This document shows, piece after piece, positions 52,480 through 64,000 of a stretch of 64,000 bases of DNA. Position 1 is the stretch's first letter. Each line of letters starts with the position of its first letter. The notes under the pieces are model-generated. The model made no database searches. It was not told the origin of the DNA and worked only from the letters and a program-made list of their open reading frames with translations. The position numbers and the translations under genes are program-made. Source of the DNA: an uncultured Planctomycetota bacterium (GTDB lineage: Bacteria > Planctomycetota > Planctomycetia > Isosphaerales > Isosphaeraceae); assembly GCA_963737655.1 (NCBI GenBank), contig CAVTTN010000002.1:3744001-3808000 (forward strand). The letters are read 5' to 3'.

Positions 52480-55400
52480 TCATCGGGCCTTGTGGTGCTT
52501 CACCTTCGACGGCTTGGGCTTCGAGCCGGCGTTGATGTGGATCGACTGCGGCGGGTTGGCCGTCGATCCGTTGGTGATAATCTGGGCGATATACGTGCTG
52601 TTGGCCTTGGAGCCGGTCGGGGCGGTCGGCGTGAAGAACTGTTCGTTCAGGACGTTGCCCGAGGCGTCGGTGATCTGGCTGCCGTTGACCGCGAGGACGT
52701 AGTGGCCGGCCTTCAGGACGCCCTTGGCATGCTTGGTGTTGTTCGAGGCGAAGTCGAGGGTCACGTACCGGGTGGCCGAGGGGCCGCCGCCCGAGACGGT
52801 GATTCCGGTGATCGCCACCGACTGCGAGCCCGATGATGTCGGCAGGGACAGCGAATAATTCGCCGCGTTGGCCAGGGCCGCGTCGAGAAGTCCGCTGCGG
52901 TCGTCCTGGATGGCGATCACGGCGGTCCCGGCCTTGGGATTGAGGGTCACGCCGGTGATCCGGGGGCTCACGGTGTCGATCACGATCGAGGGCAGCGTGG
53001 TGGCCGGGGCGCTGGTGAAGCCCGAGGCGTCCACCGACGACGCCACGATCGAATAGGTGCCGTCGAGCAGGGCCGGCGCGGTGACCTGCCACGCGCCGTT
53101 GGCGCCGATGGTGGTCTGGCCGATCACGACCGGGGCGGCCATGTCGGGCCTCTGGGCCGTGAGCGTCAGGCGATCGCCGGGGGCGCCCGTGCCGGAGAAG
53201 CTGGGGGAGCTGGTGTCGGCCTGACCGGCCGAACTCACCGACGAGGAGGCGAGTCCCCCGGTGATCGGGACGGTGCGGACCGCCACGTTCACGATCCCGG
53301 CGGCCGTGGAGGACGTCCCTGCCGCGTCCTTGATCGTCACGTTGATCGGGACGGCCCCCGAGGCGGCGAAGGTGTGGGTGCCGATCACCGAATACTGGTC
53401 CGGGGCGATCTCCGAGATGATCCCGGCGTTGATCGTGCCGTCTCCCCAGTTGACGATGGCCGCGAAGCTCCCGGCGTTGGCCAGGGGATTGGGGTCGGCG
53501 AAGCTCGCCACGTTGGTGGAGAAGGTCGTGCCGACGGTCGAGTCGAAGGGGAGGAAGACCGAGGTGATCGGCGGGTCGGCCACGGTCACGGGGATGCTGA
53601 CCGAGGCGCCCGCCCCGCCGATGTCCACGATCCCCACCGCGATGGTGAACGCGCCGGAGGCCTGGTACGCGTGGGGGGCGGAGACGAGGAAGCGGCCCTT
53701 GATGGTGGGGTCGGCCGTGATGGTGCCGATGGACTGGGCGCCGTCCCCCCAGTCGATGTGGGCGGAGTAGCTGGTGACCGGCTGGTTGGGATCGCCGTCG
53801 GTGAAGACGACGAGCGTCGGGTTGGCGGTCACGCCGATCTGGGGGGCATAGCCCAGGGTGGACTGGGCGTGGAGCGGGGCATCCTTGACGGTGGCCTGGT
53901 TCGTCACGACGGCGCTGGAGCCTCCGCCGGAGAGGATCGTGGCCACGATCGGGAAGGAGGCGACGGTCTCATAGGCGTGGGAGCCCGAAACGCTGAAGCC
54001 GCCGCCGACGGCCGCGGCCACGGTCCCGGCGGTCACCGTCCCGTCGCCCCAGTCGATCGAGGCGACGTAGTCGCCGGGCAGGGCCTGGGGGTTGCCGCTG
54101 GTGAAGAGGGCCACCGGCAGGGTCAGCGGGGTGCCTTCGGTCGGGGTCAGCGTCCCGGTCGGGACCGAGCCGGTCAGGGGGGCGTCGGGGACGCTCACGG
54201 AGCTGACGGCCAGGGCCCGGGACCCTCCGTCGTCCTGGACGCTCACCGAGATGTTGTAATCACCCTGCTTGTACAGGTGGCTGCCCCGGACGTCGAAATG
54301 GTTGCCGTCCTGGAGGACGATCCCGGCCGAGGAGGAGCCGTCGCCCCAGTCGATCGAGGCGGTGAACTCGCCCGGCTTGGGGTTGGGGTTGGCGTCGACG
54401 AAGGTGGCGACCAGGGCGTTGAACCGCACGCCGTCGGACGGGGCGGGGCTGATCGGCGTGGAGCTGGCCGTCAGCGGGGCATCGGGCACAAAGACGCTGC
54501 TGCTCACCGTTTGGGTCGATCCGCCGGAATCCTGGATCGCGACGGTGACCGTGTACGGGGTCGTCGATTCCTCGTAGATGTGGTTGCCCGTGATGCTGAA
54601 CGTGCCGTCCTTGTTCTGGGCGATCAGGCCGGAGGAGCTGGTCGCGTCGCCCCAGTCGATGGTGGCGGTGAAGTCCCCGAGCCTGGGGTGGGGGTTGCCG
54701 TCGGTGAAGTTGGCGACGATCGCGGTGAAGGGGACGCCCTCCATCGCGGTGGATTGGCCGACCCCCGAGGCGATGAACGGGGCATCGGCCACGGTGATCG
54801 AGTTCGAGGTCGAGGCCGCGGCCCCGCCGTCGTCGGTGATCGAGACCTTGATGGGGTACGAGCCGTAGACGTCGTACTCGTGGGTCCCGCCGATCACGAA
54901 CGAGCCGGCCACGCCGCCGACCCGGGGGGTCACCGTGATCTTGCCGCTGGCGAGGTCCGAGGTCGTCCCGTCGCCCCAGTCGATCACCAACTTCGTGAAG
55001 TCGGCGGCGGTGGCCACGGGGTTGCCGTCGGACAGATAGGCGATCGTCCCGGTGAACGAGGTGCCCTCGACGGCCTTCAGGGCGGCGACGCCGGTCGTCG
55101 TGGCCGAGATCGGGGCGTCGGTCACGGTGGCGGTCGTCGTGGCCACGGTGGACTGGCCGCCCACGTCGTTCACCGTGATCGTGATCGTCCAGGGCTTGGC
55201 CCCGCTCTCGTCGAAGACGTGGGTCCCCTTCACCAGGAACCCGCCGGAACCTCCCGGGACGATCGAGCCGGTCGTCGGGGTGGTGCCGTCGCCCCAGTCG
55301 ACGGTGGCGGTGAAGTCGGTCAGGGGGGCGGAGGGGTTGCCGTCGATGAACGTGGCGACGGTCCCGCTGAAGGTCTGGCCCTCGACGAGTCCGAAGGAGG

Positions 55401-58254
55401 TCCCCTGGGAACTCAGCGGGGCGTCGGCGACCGTCACGGTCAACGGGATCGCCAGGGTCGATCCGCCCACGTCGTTCACGAAGATGGTGGCCTTGTACGT
55501 GCCGAATCGGGCGTACTTGTTCGATCCGGTGACCTGGAAGCCGCCGGTGACCGTCGAGTCTCGGCTGACCAAACCGGGGGTCACGTGGCCGTCGCCCCAG
55601 TCGATCGAGGCGGAGTAGTCCGAGAGCGGGGGGTTCGGGGCGCCGTCGGTGAACTTCAGGACCACCCCATTGAAGATCTTGCCCTCGACCGGGGAGATCG
55701 TGACCGGGGCGCCCTGGCTCAGGGGCGCGTCATTCACGGTCACGGTCCCCTGCTGGGTCGCCTTGGCCCCGCCGTCATCCACGATCGTGATCGTGTAGGT
55801 GAACGTGCCTTCCTCGGGGAAAGACTTGGTCGTGTTGATGGCGTAAGTGTTTGTCCCGATGGAGGTCAGGGTGAACGGGCTGGTCGTCCCGTCGCTCCAG
55901 AGGACCGTGATCGTGTAGTCCGAGGGGGAAGTCGCCCCCGGGTCCTCGTCGAGGAACGAGGCGATCCGTCCGTTGACCTTACCGCCTTCGACCAGGGTGA
56001 AGGACTGGGCGGTCAGGTCGATGGGGGCGTCCTGGACGATCACGGTGCCGGTGCCCGTCCGGGTGGAGAAGCCGGTGTGATCGATCGTGACGGTCAGGGG
56101 ATAGGTGCCGCCCTCGGTGTAGGTATTACTGGCGGTCACGGCGAAGAGGCCGGTGGCGATCTGGGTGATCGTCCCGGCCTCCACGTTGCCGTTGCCCCAA
56201 TCGACGGTGGCCGAGAAGGCCGAGGCGGAGCTAGCGTAGGCCGGATCGACGAAGGTGGCGACCTGGATCGTATCGAGGACATCCCCTTCGTTCACGCCGG
56301 TGGGCGGGGTGGCGGTCACCTTCAACTGGTCGCTGATCGACCGCAGGGCCGCCGGGGCCTGGACCAGTCCGAAGCCGCCCTGGGGGTCGAACTGGTTGGG
56401 GGCGGCCCCGTTCAGGGGGATGGCCGAGTGGATCAGGGCATCCTTGATGTCCGCCGGGGTCGCGCCGGCGCGAGCTGCTTCATCAGGGCCACGACCGCCG
56501 CCACGTTGGGGGCCGCGGAGGACGTCCCGAAGAAGTTCGGCAGGGCGTTGCCGTCGAGTTCCTTGGTCGTCGCCGGGTCGTTGAACGGCGGTGCGATGGT
56601 CGAGAGGTCGAAGCCCGGGATGAAGAACGAGGTATCGTTGCCGTCGGGCCCCGAGACGTCCGGCTTCTGGAGGATGGTCGGGGTGTGGCGCGTCCCGTCT
56701 CCGCTGAAGATGGAGAGGGTCGGCCCGAACGAGCTGAACGTCTCGCTGGGGATCGGGTTGAACTGGCTGGACCAGGGCGAGGCCACCCACCAGGGGACCG
56801 CGCCCACCCCGATCGCCCCGCTGGCCGTGGCGTGGCCGAACGTCGAGGGGTAGAACGTCGCGGACGCCGTATCGACGGTCTTGTCGAAGGTCACGTCGTT
56901 GTGGGTGACCGAGACGATCCCGATATAACCGGGGTCGGGGCCGGAGGCGACCTTCACCACCAGCTTCAGTTGGCCGGCCGGCACGTCCACCAGCTCGATC
57001 GGCGACTGGCTCGCGATGTTATTGCTGGTTCCCGAGGCGACGATGTTGTTGCCGGAGTCCAGGACGTAGAAATCCAGGTCGGTCGTCACGCCGGTGGAGG
57101 TGTAGAACGGGTTGTCCCACTGGAGGAACATGGTCCCCGGGGCCAAGACGTTCACCGGGAGGCCGGTGACGGCCGGGCCGGTCGCGCTGGAGCTGAAGTT
57201 GTGATACGTCCCGGCGCCGATGCCCGGGATGTTGGCCTGGACCGACCGGAATGCGGCGACGTAGCCGCGATCGGCCGCGTTGCCGGCCGAGGCTCAGATA
57301 GGTCACGCCAGAGGCCTCGACCGAGTTGACGGCCTGGGCGATGATCCCGTCCTGGAACAGGGGTTCATCATAATTATAGGCGTCATCGACGATGACCTGG
57401 CTGCCGGCGGTCGCGAGCTTCTGGATGTTGTTGGCGAAGCCGACCGCCCCGCTGGCGGCGAACGGGTCGAACGCGGTGGCGAAGGCCAGGGACGCCCCGG
57501 GGGCGATGTCGTGGATCTGCTCCAGCATCGCCCGGCCTTCGTCGGTCGAGCCGGGGGAGCCGTCCTCGATCACCTGGACGTTGTTCGGCAGGTCGCCCGA
57601 CTTGACCGAGGAGGCGAGCCCTCCCCCGTACTGACTGACGCTGTCCGACAGGACGCCCACCTTCACGCCCGCGCCGGTGACCCCGTAGGTCGCCGAGGCC
57701 ACGTCGGCGAACAACGTCTTTTCCGACTGGTTGGACGCCGAGCCGACCGAGTTGGTCCCGCCGACGTAAATCGGCTCCAGTCCGACCACTTGGGGCAGCC
57801 TGGCCAGGGTCGGCAGGTCGGAGATCGGCAGCCAGCCCTCGGCGATTTCCGGGCTCTGGCTGGTGGCGCCGACGTCCATCCCAGAGAGCTGAACCTGGTT
57901 GACGAACGAGGTGAAGTCGCCCCAGCCGTTCACGTCCACGCCGACCGTATCGCCCTGGATGCGGACGTCCGGCTCGGAGGGAGAGGTGAAGGTGGCGTCG
58001 GTCCCTTCGGAAACGTATTTCTGATAGTCGAGATACACGTTGATCAGGGCCTGGCCGGCGTTGGCCAGGGGGCCGCTCTTCACGTCGCTGAGGTCGCTGG
58101 ACGTGGGGGTCCAAACCGGGGGGACGTTGCTCAGGAGGGTGCGGACTTCCAGGGGGTCGAGGCGCGGGCGAATTCGTGAGGACCGACCAGCCCCGGCGGT
58201 CAGGCCCCTCGCCCTCCCGCCACGTCGCAGGATTTCGCTGAAGCGGAGACTCAT
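52480..58254 (-). CDS. Giant secreted subtilase (S8/S53-like, Glu-type) with about 10 PKD/Ig-like repeats (~1920 aa); frameshifts near 57291 and 56465
   Basis: LDPLEVRTLLS; VGVLSDS; DEGRAM; (S)SAGN in the shifted frame; FFGTSSAAP; ten [IV][DN]WGDG-type repeats. Joins ORFs 57019..58290, 56433..57155 and 52480..56790. Confidence 0.85.
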
Positions 58255-58408
58255 GGAGAAAGCTCCCGAATTGGGATCGCCTGGGGTCAATCGGTCGAAG
58301 ATTGGGGGGTGGAGGGCGGTCTCGGGGCCGGCTTCGATCGCCGGGGATCGCGGACGAGGGCCGTCCGGCCGGCGGCGGCCGGACGGCTCCTCACCGGGCT
58401 AGTCAACC

Positions 58409-61400
58409 TCATTTGCGCTTGCGATGGAAGTGCTTGCGGACGAAGAGCCGATGGCCGGCGGCGGCCACGACCTCCGCGGGCGGCACATACTGCTGAGGGG
58501 TGGAGGCGCTGGTGCCCACGACGGTGAACGCCGCCACGAAGTTCTGTCCCGACTTGTTGTACAACCCGGGGAAGGCCACGAAGTAGCGTTCGTCCAGCGG
58601 GTTTCCGGCCGCGTCGGTCACGCCGGAGGCGTTGATCGTGAAGACGTACTTGCCCTTGGTCAGGCCCTTCGCCCCGGCGCCGAAGCTCAGCGTGAGGGTC
58701 TGCTGGGTCGTCGGGCTCACGGGAGAGACGGTCAGGCCGGCGACCGGGAACGTCTGGCCGGCGGTCGTCGCCAGCGAGAAGTTGGCGGAGTTCAGCAGCC
58801 CGGACGCCAGCAGGCCCGAGAGGCCGTCGGAGAGGACCAGGGTGATCGTCGCGTGCTTCGCGTCGAGCTGGGCCGAGACGACCTTCGGCCCCTGGGTGTC
58901 CACGGTCAGCGGGCCGCGTTCGGCCGTCGGGTACAGGACGGTCAAGCCGCTGCTGGGCCGACCGGTGGGATCGGTGGCCGAGCCGTAGACCGTGTACTGG
59001 CCGTCGCCCAGGGTCGAGCTCGTCACGGTGTACACGCCCGAGGCGTTGGCCTGGCCCGTCCCCACGGCCACGGGGGTCGCGCCGCCCGCCGCCTGGGCGT
59101 AGATCGTGACCATCGACCCGGGCTCGGCCGTCCCGGTGAAGACCGGGTTGCTGGAGGCGGTCAGGCCGGTCGGGGAGATCGTGCCCGAGGCCCCGGAGCC
59201 GCTCAGCGGGAAGATCTTGTTGTCGATCACCGCCGAGCTCGCCACCGTGCTCGTGGCCGAGCCGTTCACCACCGTCACGCCGATGGGATAGGTCCCCCCC
59301 TCGGAGTAGTAGTGGCTCCCGGTCACGTCGAACCCGCCGTCGGGATCGACGGCGATCGTCCCGGCCGACGAGGTGTTGTCCCCCCACGTGATCGTGGACG
59401 AGTAGGCCGAGGCCAGCGCCCCGGGGTTGGTCGTCGTGAACCGGGCGACGACCAGTCCGGTCAACTGGGTCTTCGACATGCCCGAGACCGCCACCGGGAC
59501 GACCGTGATCGGAGCCGGGTTGACCGTGATCGTCCCGGAGGCCTGGACCTGCGATCCCCCGCTGCTGGTGATCACCACGTTGACCGGGTACTGGCCCTGC
59601 TTCAGGTAGGTGTTGGACGCCAGGACCTGGAACTGCCCGGCGGTCCCCGTCGAGATGATCTGCCCGGCCGTCTGGTTGCCGTCGCCGAAGCTCACCAGGG
59701 CCTTGTAGTCGGTCGCCTGGGAGAGCGAGTCGGGCGTGGAGAACGACGCGATGACGCCTCCGTAGGGCGTGCCCTCGGGCGGCGAGAAGCCCGAGTTGAG
59801 CGTCAGGCTGATCGGCGAATCGGGGACGCTGGCCGTCCCGGTGGCGATCGTCGAGGCCCCTCCGCTGCTGATGATCGTGGTCTTGATCGCGTAGCTGCCG
59901 ACCCGGTAGGCGTGGGTCCCCTTGACCAGGTAGCCGCCGTCCTCGTTCACCACGACCGAGCCGACGGAGACGGTGCCGTCTCCCCAGTCGATCGAGGCGG
60001 TGAAGTCGGTGGTGGGCAGGGCCCGGGGGTCGGCGTCGGAGAAGCTGGCGACGATCCCGGTGAACGGCACTCCGGCCGTCGGGTGGAAATCGTAGCCCTG
60101 GCTGGTCAACGGCGCCGGGGAGACGTCGGCCGAGGAGAGGGCCACCGTCGTGTTGCCGCCGGAGTGGTTGCCGATGGTCACCGTGATGGCGTACGAGCCG
60201 ACGTCATACGGGTGGGACCCGCTGACGATGAATCCGGGCCCGAAGCTGTTCGCGCCGATGGTCCCGCTGGTGACCGTGCCGTCGCCCCAGTCGATGGTGG
60301 CGAAGTAATTGGTGATCGGTGGCAGCCTGGGGTCGGCGTCGGTGAAGGTGGCCAGGGCCCCAGTGAACGGGACGCCCTCGACGGGCGTGACGGCCAGGCC
60401 CGTCGAGCTCAGCGGCGAATCCGCGACGACGGCCGTGGTCACGGCCGTGGCCACGTAGCCGGGCTTGATGATCGTGACGGTGACCGGATACGTGCCGCCC
60501 CCGTAGATGTGGCCCGAGCCGTCGGTCACGAAGAACCCGCCGGCCGGGTTGGGCGTGATCGTCCCCACCCCGTTGGTCCCGTCGCTGAAGTTGATCGAGG
60601 CGGAGTAGAACGAGGCGGGATGGGGGACCGGCGAGGTGTCCGTGAACTTGGCGAGATAGTAGGTGCTCGGGTTCCCGGCGTAGCTGTCCCCTTCCTTCAG
60701 GACGATCGTCGTCCCGCTCGCCGTGATCGGCAGGCCGGCGACGGTGGCCGTCGTCGTCCCGCTGGCGACCGAGCCGCCGAGCTGCGTGACCGTGACGACG
60801 ACGGGATACGTCCCGCCGATCGGATAGGTATGCTGCCCCGAGACCGTGTAGACCCCGGACGTCAGCGCAGACCACGCCGGGGGTGACGATGCCGTCCCCC
60901 CAGTTGATCGTGGCGGTGAACGACGAGGCGGGGGTTCCGGTGGTCCCCGGCTTGAACGTGGCGACCACGCCGTTGAACGGCGTCTGCTCGGTCGCGGTGA
61001 TCGCCTGGGGCTGGACCGAGAGGGTCTGGATCGTGATCTCGGCCGTGGCCACGTCCAGGTTCGGGCGGTCGGGGTTGCCGCCGAGCGTGGTGCTGTTGTC
61101 GATCCAGACCGGGTACATCACGTTCTTGGCGAAGGTCAGGCCCGAGTAGTCGCCGTACTCGTTGCCCGAGTTGGCGTCGCCGCCGGCGATCGTGGCGTTG
61201 GACGGGCCGCTGGCGACCTGGACGTTGGGCAGCCAGGTCTTGCCGCCATCGACGGAGACCGAGGCGAAGTCCTCGGAGTCGTCGCCGGGCTTGCCGTCGA
61301 GGTCGCCGGGGCCGCTGCCCGAGTCGTTCCGGGTGTCGTACCACGCCGCGCCCACGTTGCCCGAATATTCGTCGACGGCGATCCTCGGGAAGAACTTGCT

Positions 61401-62444
61401 GCGGAGGGTCGAGTCGTCGGTGATCCGGATGTCGGCCGTCCAGGTCTTGCCGTCGTCGTCGGAGTAGCGCTCGAAGATGTCGGTCTGCGGGCTGTTGACG
61501 GCCGGGGAATTGGTGTAGATCGCGTAGAGGCGGCCGTTGTGCGGCCCCCCCGAATAGTCGTAGGCCAGGCCGATCTCGGAATCGACGGTCCGGTTGGGCT
61601 GCGGGGGGATCGGCGCGAAGCCGCCGACGTTGGTGTCGGCGAACTTGACCGGGGCGTTGAAGCCGTTGGGGCCGAGGCCGTCGGGGTCCAGCGCGGTGTA
61701 GAGGACGGCCGGCCCGGCGCCCCCCGAGGGGACCTCATACGAGAACATGACCTGGCCGCTGGGGCCGATGGCCGGCTTGCCGAAGTTGCCGCCCCCCGAG
61801 CCGGCGACCAGCTCCGGGGTGCTCGCGGCGCCGACCTGGCCGAGGCCGGTGACCGCGGCGCCCACGGCGCCGATCAGCCCGCCCTTGTCCAGGTACTCGA
61901 TCCAGAGGCTGCCGGCACCGGCCGTCCCGCCGGGGCCGACGACCAGCTTGGGCTGGTCGGCCACGTTGGGGACGGTGAACAGCGGCTTGAGCGTCTTGCC
62001 GCCGTCGGTGCTGATGACGACCGGGGCCGTGGTGATCCCCGAGTCGAGGTAGGTCAAGAACATGTTGCCGAACTGGTCGAAGGCGGCGCTGACGTCGCAG
62101 CACGCCTTGGTCAGCCCGTCGGAGCCCGTGGCCACGAACTGGTGGGTGAAGGTCTTGCCGCCGTCGAACGAGACGCCGTAGAAGACGTCGGTGAGGCTGC
62201 CGTTGTCGTTGGAGAAGACGACGATGTTCTGCGGGTTGGTCGGGTTGACGGCGATGGTCGGCTCGGACTGGTTGCCCGGCTCCTGGCTGACGTTGACCGG
62301 GGCGCCGACGATCAGGCCGTTGGCCATCAGCTGGCGGCCCTCCAGCGACTCGACGGCGGCCTTCATCCGGGCCCGGCGGCCCTTCTCCACGACGGCCTTC
62401 ACCCTCCCGCCCCGACGCAGGAGACGACTCTCACGGAAGATCAT
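58409..62444 (-). CDS. Large secreted BNR/Asp-box (sialidase-like propeller) protein with about 6 PKD/Ig-like repeats (~1345 aa); frameshift near 60868
   Basis: VESLEGRQLMA; Asp-boxes SFDGGKTF, STDGGKTL, SDDDGKTW, SVDGGKTW; GDYSGL; WGDG repeats. Joins ORFs 60204..62444 and 58409..60568. Confidence 0.85.
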
Positions 62445-62966
62445 GGAAGGACTCCCTCGTGGGATCTCGTTCTAGGAGTGCGATCGTCGGTGATAACGAC
62501 AGACCGGGGGATCGGAAGGTATGGAGAGGGCGGCCGCGATGAGGCACGCCCGGGACTCGCGATCGGACCGGGTCGGCCGCTCCCGGCCGGGCCCCGTGCC
62601 CTCGTGTCCTCTGCCCGACCGTCCTTGGCCCTCTGACCGTCGCCGAGATGCCCGGGCCGGGACGTCGCCGTCCCCCCGGGCCTTCGCCATGATGCCGCAC
62701 GACGATCAGCCCGGACCCCCCAACGGGTCGGGCCGCCTCGCGCCTCCGTCTCTCTGATTCCAACGGCTCCGGAGCGGTCCGGAACGCTCGTAGTCTTCCC
62801 GCGATGCGGACTCGTCGAGGAGGGCCGGGGCGGGCGTCGGGCCGGGGAAGGATTTCCAGGTTCGAATCATGGTAACGACTCCAACGATCCCGTCAATCCG
62901 CCTATGCCGGAATCTCATCAAAAAAATCGCAATCCAGTTCGTCTCCATGACACAACTCCGTGGCAA

Positions 62967-62984
62967 TTGCGTGCATGCACGCAA
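62967..62984. promoter_or_regulatory. Perfect 18-bp palindrome, candidate transcription-factor site
   Basis: ttgcgtgcatgcacgcaa, in the divergent intergenic region between the adhesin genes and groES. Confidence 0.5.
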
Positions 62985-63282
62985 AAAGAGTGGGTCCGGA
63001 AAATTTCAAGGAACCGGAGGCGACGCCGGCCCGGGACACGCGGGGATGTGGATTCGGGGGATGCGAGCGCGAGGGGTGGCCGAGCAGGTATTCGTTCCAT
63101 CTTACCACACGAATATTCAAGTTGCGTCGATCCCATCCCCCGAGCCGGCCGCCTCGGCTGCCGAATTGGCAGGCGGAGGGCCAGGATGTCCGGGGATGTC
63201 AGGGATCGGGGGCGGTTCGGTCGACGAATCTTGTTCTCTAAGTCGTGGAATTGCATGGACTTGCATGTACAAAATCGCTAAA

Positions 63283-63297
63283 GGCACGCAAATTGCA
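63283..63297 (+). promoter_or_regulatory. Sigma54 -24/-12 promoter upstream of groES
   Basis: GGCACGCAAATTGCA matches the consensus GGCACG-N4-TTGC(A/T), about 125 bp before the groES ATG. Confidence 0.7.
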
Positions 63298-63421
63298 TAT
63301 CGCTGGGATTCGACGTCCTCGGAGACCGGCCGAGACGAGGCCGACGGGGGCGATTGTCTCTCAATGCCGTTGCGGGGCCGGCCGACCGGCCCGGCCGAGC
63401 CGCCACAGGAGCCGTGGAGCG

Positions 63422-64000
<579 letters not shown>

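Noticed and set aside
52480..60900. Repeated gtcgccccagtcgat DNA motifs as a repeat array or DGR template/variable pair
   Set aside because: They encode the IDWGD motif of the protein repeats; no reverse transcriptase and no adenine-specific variation pattern.

Overview
High-GC bacterial chromosome segment, most likely a planctomycete (Isosphaeraceae-like). This is inferred from DUF1559, DUF1552/DUF1592, DUF4058, a PVC-type heme-binding protein and giant secreted proteins with the planctomycete LExLExRxLL motif. Contents: an esterase; a CzcBA-like metal efflux pair preceded by a Cys/His-rich leader ORF; a Panacea (SocA/DUF4065) antitoxin coupled to an unknown membrane protein; a sulfotransferase; an NtrB/NtrC-like two-component pair; an inverted-repeat-bounded WD40 island; a pseudokinase-kinase-SRPBCC-Zn ribbon-cyclase fusion; a permease; two Cys-dependent phosphatases; a Ycf46-like AAA ATPase; three giant repeat-rich extracellular proteins (beta-helix/DUF11/Calx-beta; Glu-type subtilase + PKD-like; BNR + PKD-like); and groES-groEL behind a sigma54-type promoter. 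GTAG-type REP elements are present. At least seven 1-2 nt frameshifts split otherwise intact genes, probably from sequencing or assembly error. No rRNA, tRNA or CRISPR array was recognised. All family calls come from motif recognition by eye, not from database searches.
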